Source: a virus
Lineage: Duplodnaviria; Heunggongvirae; Uroviricota; Caudoviricetes
DNA: 64,000 nucleotides
IMG/VR virus record: IMGVR_UViG_3300049044_000033
Location: 64,001 to 128,000 of that record
Reading direction: 5' to 3' (one strand)
In this document: piece after piece, positions 1 to 9,453 of the stretch
Position numbering within the stretch: the stretch's first letter is position 1
How the letters are laid out: each line of letters begins with the position of its first letter
Notes under the pieces: generated by a model
Told to the model about the DNA's origin: nothing
Databases searched by the model: none
What the model saw: only the letters and a program-made list of their open reading frames with translations
Made by a program: the position numbers and the translations under genes

Positions 1-77
1 CCTCGACTGAATCGCCAGTATCTGAGTGCCACCAACCATCGCTTGGCTCCAAAGCTTTAGCAATGCGTTCTGCCACT

Positions 78-404
78 TTAGTCAATGGAGCGGTCGCCAT
101 CTACGCTATCCTTGTATCGTCTTGCCCACTTCTCACATTTGCGGAGAAGGATCTCATTGATTTTCTCGTCCGTAGTCTCGGGACGGTGTATGAAAATTAT
201 GTCAAGAGCGCAAGCTATGATGTCGATGGCTTCGCCCACAACGCCATCGCTGCCCTCTTCTTCGCCAGCCCGGACCTTGGCTATCTCCTCATCCAGTTCA
301 ACAATTTCAAGTTTGGTATGGCGGCTAGCATCTTCGAGCTGTCGACCATTCTGAACGATTCGCGCATAGTGGCGAACTATATCGAGAGGGTTATTGGTAT
401 CCAT
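78..404 (-). CDS. MazG-like nucleotide pyrophosphohydrolase
   Basis: All-alpha ~108 aa protein with E-x-x-E-L (EIVEL) and E-x-x-D (GEAID) acidic motifs; leaderless start 6 nt after the -10 box. Confidence 0.6.
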   Translation of the reverse strand: MDTNNPLDIVRHYARIVQNGRQLEDASRHTKLEIVELDEEIAKVRAGEEEGSDGVVGEAIDIIACALDIIFIHRPETTDEKINEILLRKCEKWARRYKDSVDGDRSID

Positions 405-441
405 ATCCTATCGCTAAACAGGATATGGATACACGTCAACC
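397..441 (-). promoter_or_regulatory. sigma70-type promoter with 13-bp perfect inverted repeat enclosing the -10 box
   Basis: Minus strand TTGACG..TAGCGA-6nt-ATG; gtatccatatcct (397-409) / aggatatggatac (420-432). Confidence 0.75.
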
Positions 442-749
442 TAAAACAGACCTTCTACTGCCTGAGTCAGAGCCTGAGCTACCGCGCGATGGAGGAGGCG
501 ATCCAATTCAACTTGGAGGTCATATTCGCAAAGGCTGTTCCAGCTCGTGGAACGATGAGTTTCCTTCAGCTTGCCCTGGCGGTTGTGAGCCTTACCTGTC
601 CAGCTGTAGAGCTTATGAGGGTCAGAATCTTGACCTAGGGTTGCTACTGGCTTGTCCTTACGGAGAACCTCGGCAAAGGTCATCTGACCATCCTGGTAGA
701 CGCGGGTCTCAAACTGGTCAACCAGTTCCTTAACATGCTTCATAGCCAT
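441..749 (-). CDS. hypothetical protein
   Basis: ORF with GGAGATCG RBS and promoter module upstream. Confidence 0.75.
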   Translation of the reverse strand: MAMKHVKELVDQFETRVYQDGQMTFAEVLRKDKPVATLGQDSDPHKLYSWTGKAHNRQGKLKETHRSTSWNSLCEYDLQVELDRLLHRAVAQALTQAVEGLF

Positions 750-813
750 TGCCGATCTCCTCGTTGCTTCCTACCCACTCACATTAGCAGAATAGGTGAA
801 CTAATCAACCAGT

Positions 814-1230
814 TTATTCAGCTTTGGCAAATTTAGAGTGACGCTGGAGGTCTTCATTGGTCCAAGTGCGGGGAGGGATGCCACCGTTCTCCTCAACCAA
901 TCCGGCGATCCAGCCGTGGACCAAACCATTCATCCGGCAACGCAGGTACATGAAGGGGAAATAATCATCCCCCATATTGGATTCACGGGGATAGAGCAGC
1001 TTCAAGCCTTGGGCAGCGGAGTAATACTCCTGAGCGATGAAATACATACGCTTATTGGCACCATGGACGACCTTTTCACCGTCCTCGTTCTCCTGAGGGA
1101 GATCAACCATTGCGTCCAAGGCATTGAGCGCCTTCCAGACCAGATCCTCAAAGAGGGAATGCGAAGCCAAGCTATCGTTGAAAATCTCAATCTGCTTGTT
1201 GGTTGCTGGGTAGTTACCGATCTTCGCCAT
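814..1230 (-). CDS. hypothetical protein
   Basis: ORF with RBS/promoter module. Confidence 0.75.
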   Translation of the reverse strand: MAKIGNYPATNKQIEIFNDSLASHSLFEDLVWKALNALDAMVDLPQENEDGEKVVHGANKRMYFIAQEYYSAAQGLKLLYPRESNMGDDYFPFMYLRCRMNGLVHGWIAGLVEENGGIPPRTWTNEDLQRHSKFAKAE

Positions 1231-1291
1231 TGCTTATCTCCTGTTCCGATTTACCCGTGATAGCAGAACTGGAAGAAGAGTCAACCAGTTT

Positions 1292-1591
1292 TTATCGGCA
1301 GGGAAGATATCGGAGGATCCATTTGGGATAACCCTCAGGTGTCATAATGATATCAGGAACCGCAAGGGCATCATTGCCAGTTTCAATCCAGCCTTGGCCG
1401 AGACAATGATCACAATTGGCGCGCTTGCTGCGAAGACTTATGAGGTCAATCTCGGTGTTCCACTGACCGTGTCCCTTACATGTTGGGCACTTCGCATCCA
1501 GGGTAGCGCCTCGAACTGCGACAGGGATGCAGGTGAAAGCATGAGGATCATCCACACCAGTTGTTACATGGACTTTACTGGGGTGGCTCAA
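1292..1591 (-). CDS. CxxCxGxG zinc-finger protein (DnaJ central-domain-like)
   Basis: CPTCKGHG and CDHCLGQG motifs. Confidence 0.65.
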   Translation of the reverse strand: MSHPSKVHVTTGVDDPHAFTCIPVAVRGATLDAKCPTCKGHGQWNTEIDLISLRSKRANCDHCLGQGWIETGNDALAVPDIIMTPEGYPKWILRYLPCR

Positions 1592-1965
1592 TTGACTTCT
1601 CCTTCAATATATTCCTGCCAAAGGTCGCCAGTCCACTCGTAGGTACCGGCCTTTTTACCTGTTGGTATGGTCAGCTTTGCGCCTCTGAATAGCACGCCTT
1701 GCGCCCTTACAACAAGAAACGCCCACGTTGGGTCAGGGACTTTCACATGATTTAAACGGGCAGGCATTTCAACTTGAATGGAGCCACAATCCCAACCAAG
1801 TGGTTCATTAGCAGCGATCGTTCTCGCAGGCTTCCTAGGCGGAGGAGGCAGGGCACGAAAAGTAGGACGATCCCAGAATGGTTGAAAGCGAGGATCCGCA
1901 GGGTTGTCCTTGGAACCACCGAGCCAGTCGGGGTAGTTCCAAAAATCCAAAGGATCAACGTTCAT
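1588..1965 (-). CDS. hypothetical protein
   Basis: 4-nt overlap coupling with neighbours. Confidence 0.7.
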   Translation of the reverse strand: MNVDPLDFWNYPDWLGGSKDNPADPRFQPFWDRPTFRALPPPPRKPARTIAANEPLGWDCGSIQVEMPARLNHVKVPDPTWAFLVVRAQGVLFRGAKLTIPTGKKAGTYEWTGDLWQEYIEGEVN

Positions 1966-2231
1966 TGCGCAGCAATGCCCAGTTCGAGGAGGAGGTTATC
2001 CAATTCGATTTCGGTTCCGCGGAAGAACCCGGTTTGGTTACAGCCAAGATCGGCCCAGACCGAAACGATATCGGTTCCGATTTGGATACCGTAACCTCCA
2101 TCAGTGGAAATCGTCCGAACACCCTTGAATTCCCAACGGTCAACAAGGCTACCAGGTGTTAAAGTCCCTTCGTTCTTAACGAAGTGATGGATTGCTTCGA
2201 CCTTCTTAGCGATGCTTTCATTGAGAATCAT
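1962..2231 (-). CDS. hypothetical protein
   Basis: RBS/promoter module upstream. Confidence 0.7.
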   Translation of the reverse strand: MILNESIAKKVEAIHHFVKNEGTLTPGSLVDRWEFKGVRTISTDGGYGIQIGTDIVSVWADLGCNQTGFFRGTEIELDNLLLELGIAAQ

Positions 2232-2294
2232 TGGGATCTCCTCGTTGCTCTTCTTGTCACCACTTTAAAGGAAATAGGTGGGGAGTCAACACCT

Positions 2295-2510
2295 TTATTC
2301 AGTTTCTCCGAGGGCCCATTTGCTGTAGGGCATACCACGAGCGCGACGCATACGAGCAAGCTTGATATCGGCTTCGGTCGGCCCACGAGCAATTCGAGCA
2401 GCTTCTTCCAGAGCCCGCTGTCTGTCGAGAGCGTTGAAAAAGCCCTCGATGTCAATATTCAGAAGAGCCTGATCCATTGCCCGGCTGCTACGAAACTTCC
2501 CACGTGCCAT
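2295..2510 (-). CDS. hypothetical protein
   Basis: Start reassigned to ATG after GGAG. Confidence 0.65.
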   Translation of the reverse strand: MARGKFRSSRAMDQALLNIDIEGFFNALDRQRALEEAARIARGPTEADIKLARMRRARGMPYSKWALGETE

Positions 2511-2567
2511 GCTCAACTCCTCTGATGTTAAAACCAAACTAGCAGAATAGGTGAAGCAGTCAACCAG

Positions 2568-2792
2568 TTATTTGACTTCGTTGCCGATTTCCTCGACGTT
2601 GTAGACATAGCGGAGAAAGCTGTCATTGTTGCTGAAGAAGCCAACGACGCAGTAGACTTCTTGCTTGGGCTTCTTGCTGTCTTTGACCTCGCGGGTGCGA
2701 ACTTCCTTGACAGTGATCGTCGTAGGGGCATCTTGGCGCAAATAGTTGCGCTTCGTTGGCTTGACGATATACTTCTTGCCGACTTCGATCAT
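2568..2792 (-). CDS. hypothetical protein
   Basis: ORF downstream of 2802 gene. Confidence 0.65.
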   Translation of the reverse strand: MIEVGKKYIVKPTKRNYLRQDAPTTITVKEVRTREVKDSKKPKQEVYCVVGFFSNNDSFLRYVYNVEEIGNEVK

Positions 2793-2801
2793 CTTACTTC
2801 C

Positions 2802-3176
2802 TTATGCGAATTCAGGGTCCAGGGTGCAGAGTTCGTACCCGTAGGTCTTCACTGCGTCCCAGTTGACTCGGTTGAGATCACGAGCACACTTGGTGCAGTA
2901 ATACTTGTCCATTGAATGGTTATACCATACCGCGCCGGGCTTCTGACATGCGGTAATATTGCAGGAGCCGCCCTTCAGTCCTTTGTCAGCTTTCGTGGGG
3001 CCCACGTAGTTGCCGCGACTATCGTAGTCACTTGCTGGCTTTTCGACCTGAGCTGTAGCTCGTTCATTGTGGACCACAAAGGGAGAGACTCGATACTGGC
3101 GAACTCCTCGTGATCGATCCAAACGGTCAGCGCGCATTTGGTTGAAGGACTTGGGCGGTTTACGAAGCTTTACCAT
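2802..3176 (-). CDS. putative zinc-binding protein
   Basis: CNITAC...YCTKC; start reassigned after RBS module. Confidence 0.65.
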   Translation of the reverse strand: MVKLRKPPKSFNQMRADRLDRSRGVRQYRVSPFVVHNERATAQVEKPASDYDSRGNYVGPTKADKGLKGGSCNITACQKPGAVWYNHSMDKYYCTKCARDLNRVNWDAVKTYGYELCTLDPEFA

Positions 3177-3226
3177 TACGATCTCCTGTTTCTCTTCTGA
3201 CCTGTTTAGCAGAACTAGGAAAGGTG

Positions 3227-3520
3227 TCAACCGTTAAGCTGGCTGCGGATGAGGTTCTTACCAGCGGTGCGCAGCTTCTTCTGGGGTTCCTTGACCTTGC
3301 TCTTGTGGTAGATGTAACTGTGATCGTTGAGCTTGTAACCACCCTCGTTGTCGACCGTAGCAGTCTGGCACTTGTCGTAAATGATAGCACCGTCCTGACC
3401 GCGCAGGATAGCATCATCGTGGCGACCGTCCCAAGACCAGAGACCCGCGTCCTTGAGCTCTCGGTTGCGACGGATATTCGCAACCAGCTTGGGATCATTC
3501 TTGCGATAAGTGCGGGCCAT
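3227..3520 (-). CDS. basic hypothetical protein
   Basis: RBS/promoter module. Confidence 0.7.
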   Translation of the reverse strand: MARTYRKNDPKLVANIRRNRELKDAGLWSWDGRHDDAILRGQDGAIIYDKCQTATVDNEGGYKLNDHSYIYHKSKVKEPQKKLRTAGKNLIRSQLNG

Positions 3521-3984
3521 TTTCGATCTCCGTTTGCTGTCTACTCACCTAATTTAGCAAACTGGACGATCGTGTCAACCAGTTTTATCGCCTGCTGATC
3601 ACCATTTTGGCACCTGGAGGAGCAACACTCATATTGCGGTGAATGGGACGATCCATTGCGAAATCGACTGCACTGTAACAGTGAGTCCAGGTTCCCCAAC
3701 GATGGACGTAGGTGATCTGAAAACCGAGGAATTCAAGAATGCTGCGGATCATTCATCTTCTCCTTAATATTCCCAGCTGCTAACGCTGTAGCGCGACCGG
3801 TCCCAAAAGAGCTTGGCGAAGCGACGACGGACTGGCTGGCTGATCTTTTTGTGGATCCACGTTCCGAAGAGCGTAAGAGCTGCCATCTCAAGGAAGAAAA
3901 TAGCAACAATCCAACCGATCAAACCTGCGTCCATGTCTGCCTCCTTGCTGTTGTGTCACCACTTTAGCAGGATAGGTGAACTAG

Positions 3985-4314
3985 TCAACCAGTTTCTGTC
4001 AAACTATCAGTCTGCAATTGTTCCAAGAGGCGTTCCTTAAAGATCGGTTCCTCTCTGGTAATAATGTCGAAGTTTCTTGCCACGCTTTGTGGCATTTTGA
4101 ATTCATGTTCCTTGACATACCAGAACCCGCCTTCTTCGTCTCGCTCAAAGGAGATCCAACATTTACGGGGCTTCTTAACGCCATTATACTGAACGACGAT
4201 CTTGACCCGTGTTTCAGTATGGGTAATGGTTTTGACCCAAGAACACTGACAGCGAGGTATTGCTGACCAAATGTGATAGGGCAGCTGAAGCATTGGATGA
4301 GTTGACGTATTCAT
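3985..4314 (-). CDS. hypothetical protein
   Basis: Leaderless after TTGATT..TAAGCT. Confidence 0.65.
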   Translation of the reverse strand: MNTSTHPMLQLPYHIWSAIPRCQCSWVKTITHTETRVKIVVQYNGVKKPRKCWISFERDEEGGFWYVKEHEFKMPQSVARNFDIITREEPIFKERLLEQLQTDSLTETG

Positions 4315-4391
4315 CCATCGAGCTTAATGGTTTCCAACTTCTAATCAACCATATATTGACGCTCTGACTTGCTCTTTAATATCATTGAGGA

Positions 4392-4778
4392 ATGACAGAA
4401 GCCAACGATAAAGCCTTGATTAAAGTAGCTCTTGAGCTTCGACAGCTTGAGAATGCTATTGATGTGGCAAAGATGATCCAAATGATCAACATTCGCCTGA
4501 ATGATTTAGATTCACAAATACGCAGTGGCTATGGCGCTACGGCTTTAAAGAATAGATCCCCTAAGAGTGTCATTGAGAGCAAAGTCTTTAGCGACAACTG
4601 TTCGGATCCCATCAAGAAATATATTGGCTTCCTGAAGGGGTGGCAAGATGGATTTGAGGATGTTAAGAAGTTTCTAGAAACTTCGGAGAATCGTCGGCGA
4701 GAGTTGCATCAGCTCATTGATATCTATACAGCCGGCGGAGATATTGTGGTCGCAAAACTGAAAGGGCTTGAAGAGTGA
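4392..4778 (+). CDS. hypothetical coiled-coil protein
   Basis: Rare plus-strand gene with TTGACG promoter and GAGG RBS; divergent from 3985-4314. Confidence 0.7.
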   Translation: MTEANDKALIKVALELRQLENAIDVAKMIQMINIRLNDLDSQIRSGYGATALKNRSPKSVIESKVFSDNCSDPIKKYIGFLKGWQDGFEDVKKFLETSENRRRELHQLIDIYTAGGDIVVAKLKGLEE

Positions 4779-4993
4779 ACTGGATCTATAGTCTGAACCG
4801 TTGGTATGATGATCTAGATGACACTCATCCCAATCTTCGCTTCCTACTTTGCTTCATTCCTATGGGCATCTTTATCACCCTGATTTTTCAGAACTATAGT
4901 GTGAAGCTGTCTCTGTTGGGTCTCCTGGGCATGGCGCTGTTTGCCGTCCTGCGAATTATCCCGTTTGTCTTTCCTCAAAAGACCCAAAGTTGA
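4775..4993 (+). CDS. small membrane protein
   Basis: Two hydrophobic segments; GTGA overlap. Confidence 0.65.
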   Translation: MNWIYSLNRWYDDLDDTHPNLRFLLCFIPMGIFITLIFQNYSVKLSLLGLLGMALFAVLRIIPFVFPQKTQS

Positions 4994-5448
4994 TCTGAAT
5001 CTTCAGTTTGAGGCGGAATCTTAGCCACGTGTTGATTAAAGATTTTAGTGAATGAAGATTCCAACTCTTTCATTACAGCTCGTGGATCAAACGTTGAGAT
5101 CTGATCCTCTTCTATTTCACAGATAGAAGTTGAAGAATCACAATAAGCAAAAGGCATAGCAGCACCAACCTTTCTTTCAGCTTGATGAATGAAATTAGTT
5201 AAGCTGGCTTCTTCGTGCGGATTAGCGTCCTCGATTACGGCACACCAAACTAAATGCCAAGGCTGGTTTTCCTTAGTTAGGTTTCCCCATGATCTGGATC
5301 GACTATGTGCATTTATCCTAGACTTTACACAAGTCTGACTTTGTCCATTCCTTAGGAGAACAGAGTTAGTCGAAGACCGGACTAGGTAAACACCCTTATG
5401 ATAAGATGGTATTTGCCAATAAACGTTATAAAAATTCAATGTTGGCAT
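4975..5448 (-). CDS. degenerate GIY-YIG-like protein
   Basis: GVYLV...NGQS...KSRINAH...E spacing resembles the GIY-YIG core; AT-rich. Confidence 0.4.
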   Translation of the reverse strand: MPTLNFYNVYWQIPSYHKGVYLVRSSTNSVLLRNGQSQTCVKSRINAHSRSRSWGNLTKENQPWHLVWCAVIEDANPHEEASLTNFIHQAERKVGAAMPFAYCDSSTSICEIEEDQISTFDPRAVMKELESSFTKIFNQHVAKIPPQTEDSDQLWVF

Positions 5449-5458
5449 TTTCTATCCA

Positions 5459-5500
5459 AAAATAAAGTCCGACACCTTTACGATGTCGGACTTTATTTTT
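5459..5500. terminator. intrinsic terminator (possibly bidirectional)
   Basis: aataaagtccgaca / tgtcggactttatt stem flanked by A/T tracts. Confidence 0.8.
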
Positions 5501-5515
5501 CAATTTGTTTTTGTT

Positions 5516-5851
5516 TTAACGTTCGACCGAAGCGCCTGCCGGAGCCGACTGACCGACGGGGACAACTTGGCGCTCGCTCGGGACCAGGGCCAGCCAGCCG
5601 TGCTTGCGAGCTTCGACCGAGAAGTATTCCACACCGTTGATCATGTCCGCCGGGAGCGAGACGCGCTTTGCGGGGGTGCCCGAAGAGGTCTTCTTTTCGC
5701 GCAGGTCAGTGAGGTCGCGGCCGTTCACGCGGTTTGTCGGACGAACCTGTAGTTCCTGGACGCCGTTGACTTCGATCTGCCGAACCCGGACCTTGCCGTT
5801 TTCACCGATCATCACCGAAGCGTTCTTGTTGAAGTTTACAGTCTTGTTCAT
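5516..5851 (-). CDS. hypothetical protein, paralog of 27722-28042
   Basis: Shared NFN, IG, R(V/I)xLP and K(H/Y)GW motifs. Confidence 0.75.
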   Translation of the reverse strand: MNKTVNFNKNASVMIGENGKVRVRQIEVNGVQELQVRPTNRVNGRDLTDLREKKTSSGTPAKRVSLPADMINGVEYFSVEARKHGWLALVPSERQVVPVGQSAPAGASVER

Positions 5852-5975
5852 TTCGATCTCCTGTTTGCGTTTCCGATAAACTGGTTCTAACAGAAACTGG
5901 AAACCGATCAACCAGAAAATCTCCAGTTATCCATTTTTATGGGTAAACAGGAAGGGTTAACCGTTAGGGTGATAA

Positions 5976-6000
5976 GAAAAGGGGCACTAGGCCCCTTTTC
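5976..6000 (-). terminator. intrinsic terminator
   Basis: ggggc-actag-gcccc stem followed by a U tract on the minus strand. Confidence 0.75.
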
Positions 6001-6372
6001 TTACTTGCGGTCAAACAGTTTCATAAATTCCTCGTTGGACTTAATCCGCTTGAGGATTTCGGTCTTGGTCAGGAAACCAACGTCCCTGGACTGGTAGGCG
6101 TCGCCGTAGGGCAAGTGGATGAGGAAAAACTTTTCGCGCAGGTTGCTGCCGCGCGGCGCTTCGAAGATCATATACTGGGCATAGCCGTCTGCAACGCCGA
6201 CCTGGTAGATCTTACCTGTGTTATTACCTGTGTAACCACGCGCTTCGTAGTAAGCTTTCAGAGCCTTCTGATGCGCAGCTTCGGCAGCCGCTTCCTTTTC
6301 CTGATTGTAGTTCATATAGTCAGGCTGCGGAGCAGGGACTTCATCAGGAAGACGGTAAACCTTAACACCCAT
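6001..6372 (-). CDS. conserved phage hypothetical protein
   Basis: VADGYAQY..LIHLPYGDAY; RBS module. Confidence 0.75.
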   Translation of the reverse strand: MGVKVYRLPDEVPAPQPDYMNYNQEKEAAAEAAHQKALKAYYEARGYTGNNTGKIYQVGVADGYAQYMIFEAPRGSNLREKFFLIHLPYGDAYQSRDVGFLTKTEILKRIKSNEEFMKLFDRK

Positions 6373-6437
6373 TTTCGATCTCCTCGTTTGCTTCTGTTAT
6401 CCAGTTTTTAGCAGAACTGGACAGGGAGTCAACCAGT

Positions 6438-7415
6438 TTATGAAGCGCCGAGGAGAAGAGTCACATTACCCGTTCTTACATCTGCATCCAAGAGATCCTG
6501 GCGATTAGAATGAAGAACTCGATGAAGGGTTGGTTTGATATTGAACGCTTGTGTAGATAGAGAACCAGGGAAGACTATGATGACCTCGAGGTTTATAGGC
6601 AGATCAATCCACTTGCCATCCACAAACAATTGAGTAATCATCCGATCTCTCTTACCGCACAATGCTGTAAAGAAGCGATGATCGTAATGGGCACCTTCAA
6701 TGAGTTCCTGCCCCGGTTCTATAATGAGATGAGGATCTTTTCTCAAGAAATATTGGTTGATCTTTTGTGCCAATGATTTGACCCAAGGGATCTGACCCAC
6801 TAAGCCATAGGCGTCAGATATCCCTCGACGATTTAGTGGGCCAGCAGCCGTCCACTTCTTTTCATCTAAGCTCGAACCTAGTCTACTCCACCGTCCCATC
6901 GAGTTTTTGGTGAGGTTTCCTAGTAGGCGAAAATCCCTTTGGGTGTCTTGATACTTGAGTCGCTGGATTGATAGATCAAAGGTTGCCTTAGGGCATTTCA
7001 AGGGAGTAATAGCAGTCATGAGTCGGTGCCCTAAAGTCCAGCATTGATCTAGAATAGACTCGGAGGGTGAATAAACCTCCGAACCTTGGCTGAATGTGCG
7101 GGGCTTGGCTACAATTTTCCCTTCCTTCTTCTCAGCTTCTATGGCTATCTTCCGAGCAAAATAGCCATGTTTCTGAGGTTGGAAATAGAATAGGTCTCCC
7201 AATCCTGATGTAATATCACCATTGCCATAAAAGTTACGCGCAATATCTAGCAGCGGTGCCTGCCAAGGTAATTGCTCACTGGGATTTTCCAATAATCCCG
7301 TCCATAAATCTTTGATAACAGTGGCACAATGGATTATCACAGCATCGTGACCGGCCATAAAACGAGACGCTAAGGACCCAGGCGATAGGTCCTTTAAATC
7401 CATCTCGCTTATCAT
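6438..7415 (-). CDS. 2OG-Fe(II) dioxygenase (IPNS-like)
   Basis: HYD (HxD), IVFPG, PTLHRV (distal His) and a C-terminal Arg. Confidence 0.7.
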   Translation of the reverse strand: MISEMDLKDLSPGSLASRFMAGHDAVIIHCATVIKDLWTGLLENPSEQLPWQAPLLDIARNFYGNGDITSGLGDLFYFQPQKHGYFARKIAIEAEKKEGKIVAKPRTFSQGSEVYSPSESILDQCWTLGHRLMTAITPLKCPKATFDLSIQRLKYQDTQRDFRLLGNLTKNSMGRWSRLGSSLDEKKWTAAGPLNRRGISDAYGLVGQIPWVKSLAQKINQYFLRKDPHLIIEPGQELIEGAHYDHRFFTALCGKRDRMITQLFVDGKWIDLPINLEVIIVFPGSLSTQAFNIKPTLHRVLHSNRQDLLDADVRTGNVTLLLGAS

Positions 7416-7483
7416 TGAGCAATCTGCCTAAAAAGCTGAAAATCAGCAATATACTAGCAAGAAAGCTCTGCGTGTCAAACAGC

Positions 7484-7786
7484 CTAAACTTTGATGTAAT
7501 CCTTCTCGCGATACTTCCGACCACATTTTGGATAGAGCTCGAGGAGGTCCCATTCTTCCTTGGTCAGAACTGCTCGAGCCTTTTCCCACGCTGCTTCAGT
7601 TGGCGCATGGGTGCGAGTCCTCTTTTGTTCCGCGACTATGACCGCTTCTCGGTAGTCTTCGCAGAACTCTGTCCCATAGGTCAGGTAGCTGTTAGCATGA
7701 CAATGCTCACAATAATCAGATGGGTCGTAGCCGCATTGGCTAGAACGCCATTTGTGAGGTGTCTTGACTTGGATGATGTCTACCAT
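7484..7786 (-). CDS. hypothetical protein with Cys cluster
   Basis: C..CEHC..C; own promoter. Confidence 0.65.
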   Translation of the reverse strand: MVDIIQVKTPHKWRSSQCGYDPSDYCEHCHANSYLTYGTEFCEDYREAVIVAEQKRTRTHAPTEAAWEKARAVLTKEEWDLLELYPKCGRKYREKDYIKV

Positions 7787-7817
7787 GTTTCATCCGTATA
7801 GGAAAGGCTCCCTATTG

Positions 7818-8138
7818 TCAATCTGCTAAGTGGGCAAATTTCCCGCGAGGATTGACGATGTTATTGTAGCGATCCTTACAGCGGTAGGACTTCTTCTTAC
7901 CCTTCTGGGTCGGAGGGCAAAACTTTTGCTGATAAGACCGCTTCACGACCTTGCGCCCGCAACAGGCGCATTCGATGGTTGCCCCGACCTCTGCGCGGCC
8001 ATTGGCTTCGAAGCGATCCGACATAGCGTTCATGTCATCTTGGCGTTCCAAATCGCGCTGTAGGGAATCAGCATCATAGCCACCCCAACGATCCTCATCC
8101 AAGTCCTGATAGTAGCCGTCGCCGCTCAACGTGCCCAT
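7818..8138 (-). CDS. putative zinc-finger protein
   Basis: CACCG...FC...C; TAATG coupling. Confidence 0.65.
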   Translation of the reverse strand: MGTLSGDGYYQDLDEDRWGGYDADSLQRDLERQDDMNAMSDRFEANGRAEVGATIECACCGRKVVKRSYQQKFCPPTQKGKKKSYRCKDRYNNIVNPRGKFAHLAD

Positions 8139-8377
8139 TATCTCTTCCTCCGATCTTTGGTCAACCGGATAACGGCAAACCCTTCCACCCACTTCGATAG
8201 TTCCAGAGTTACCTGGAGGTCAACCCCTGGATTGACTTTTTGGAGGACCTCAACGAACTTATCAGCAGAATACTGGGAGGGAATGAGTTTACCCAGGCGG
8301 TCAACAATCTCGCTGTCGACCATTACCTGGGTGATCTTATGAGCCCTAATGGCTTTTATGAGGTCTTCAGCTGTCAT
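8138..8377 (-). CDS. hypothetical protein
   Basis: Coupled ORF. Confidence 0.65.
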   Translation of the reverse strand: MTAEDLIKAIRAHKITQVMVDSEIVDRLGKLIPSQYSADKFVEVLQKVNPGVDLQVTLELSKWVEGFAVIRLTKDRRKR

Positions 8378-8777
8378 CCTCGACCTCTAGTTCCATATGT
8401 GCGCAGCGGTTTGAGAATACCGCTTTCATCACATTTCCAATCTTATCCCAGAAAGGGATGGTATAGAAGTCTTCTGGTTCAGCCCAAGTTTTGGTTGGGA
8501 AGATCAAGACGTCTCGAAAACGCAGGCTTTCCATCTTGCTAATAAAACAATTGAATTCAGTACGGCTCATATCATCGCAACCAGTTACAATCGTTGGCAT
8601 TTTATCATCGAGGGCTGCTGGATCAACAGCATTGAGGATGCGATGAGGCTTATCACCCAATGCCTTACTGATCTGCTCTGTGGTTGCGTTGGGAATGATG
8701 ATCTTCATTGCGTGACCCGAGCAGCGATTCGCCAACTGCTGAAGGATAGCTGCGTTAATTACCGGCGTCTTAATCAC
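8367..8777 (-). CDS. hypothetical protein
   Basis: GTG start after RBS module. Confidence 0.65.
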   Translation of the reverse strand: MIKTPVINAAILQQLANRCSGHAMKIIIPNATTEQISKALGDKPHRILNAVDPAALDDKMPTIVTGCDDMSRTEFNCFISKMESLRFRDVLIFPTKTWAEPEDFYTIPFWDKIGNVMKAVFSNRCAHMELEVEDDS

Positions 8778-8838
8778 GTTTCGATCTCCTGCTGTTATCA
8801 CAAACTGGTAACAGGATTGTGATAAAAGTCAACCAGTT

Positions 8839-9147
8839 TTAGATTTTGAACTCTTCCCCGGTGGCGACCACATAAACACCACCACCGGGGCGATATTCCA
8901 GGGTACCCGCTTCCAAGCCTTCAATCTCTGCGATCCCCTGAAGGGTAAAAGAGAGCATTGCCTTAGCTGCGGCATATTGACCTCGGTCGACCATGAGGGA
9001 CGCATTGATCGGCGTAGCAGTTGTGTTGCTCTTCAGTACTTCTAGGTATTGTTCCTGGGTCCAAGGACGATGGGGAAATTCCAGACGCCGAGCAAAGCTG
9101 ACTTTTGTTTCGTCGAGCGTCTTGCGTTCTTCCTGCGTGTAGGGCAT
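8839..9147 (-). CDS. hypothetical protein
   Basis: Start reassigned after RBS module. Confidence 0.7.
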   Translation of the reverse strand: MPYTQEERKTLDETKVSFARRLEFPHRPWTQEQYLEVLKSNTTATPINASLMVDRGQYAAAKAMLSFTLQGIAEIEGLEAGTLEYRPGGGVYVVATGEEFKI

Positions 9148-9214
9148 ACCGATCTCCTTGTTGCCAATTCCATTTAGCACATAGGTGAAAGGAGTCAACC
9201 AGTTTCTGATATGC

Positions 9215-9415
9215 TAGATACAACAATGGCCCTACGTTTCCGCAGAGCCATTGGGTTAGAGTGCTATTTAAGTGCGGCCTGAGTAGCTGCCATCTAGGCG
9301 CCTTCTCATCCGCTTGTCGCCGGTTTCTATCACAAAAGTTTCAAAGCCAACTGTTAAATCTTACGCACTCTTACCTCCTTCGCTCTGTTGATCCGCTTAT
9401 TGCGTTGTGTCTACA
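9215..9415 (-). ncRNA. candidate structured ncRNA 1 (~200 nt)
   Basis: Own TTGACA/TATAGT promoter, no substantial ORF, long-range stems and a 13-bp GAAA-capped hairpin (9224-9253). Confidence 0.55.
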
Positions 9416-9452
9416 CCCTGGACTATAAAGGGTAAGTCCAGGGTGTCAACCA
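9413..9452 (-). promoter_or_regulatory. promoter with 12-bp perfect inverted repeat over the -10 box
   Basis: acaccctggact (9413-9424) / agtccagggtgt (9435-9446). Confidence 0.8.
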
Positions 9453-9453
9453 C

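Noticed and set aside
4975-5448. Mobile intron/homing endonuclease element
   Set aside because: GIY-YIG motif is degenerate, and no interrupted gene or intron structure surrounds it
9215-9415. tmRNA
   Set aside because: No tRNA-Ala-like acceptor/T-arm and no ANDN..AA-type tag frame
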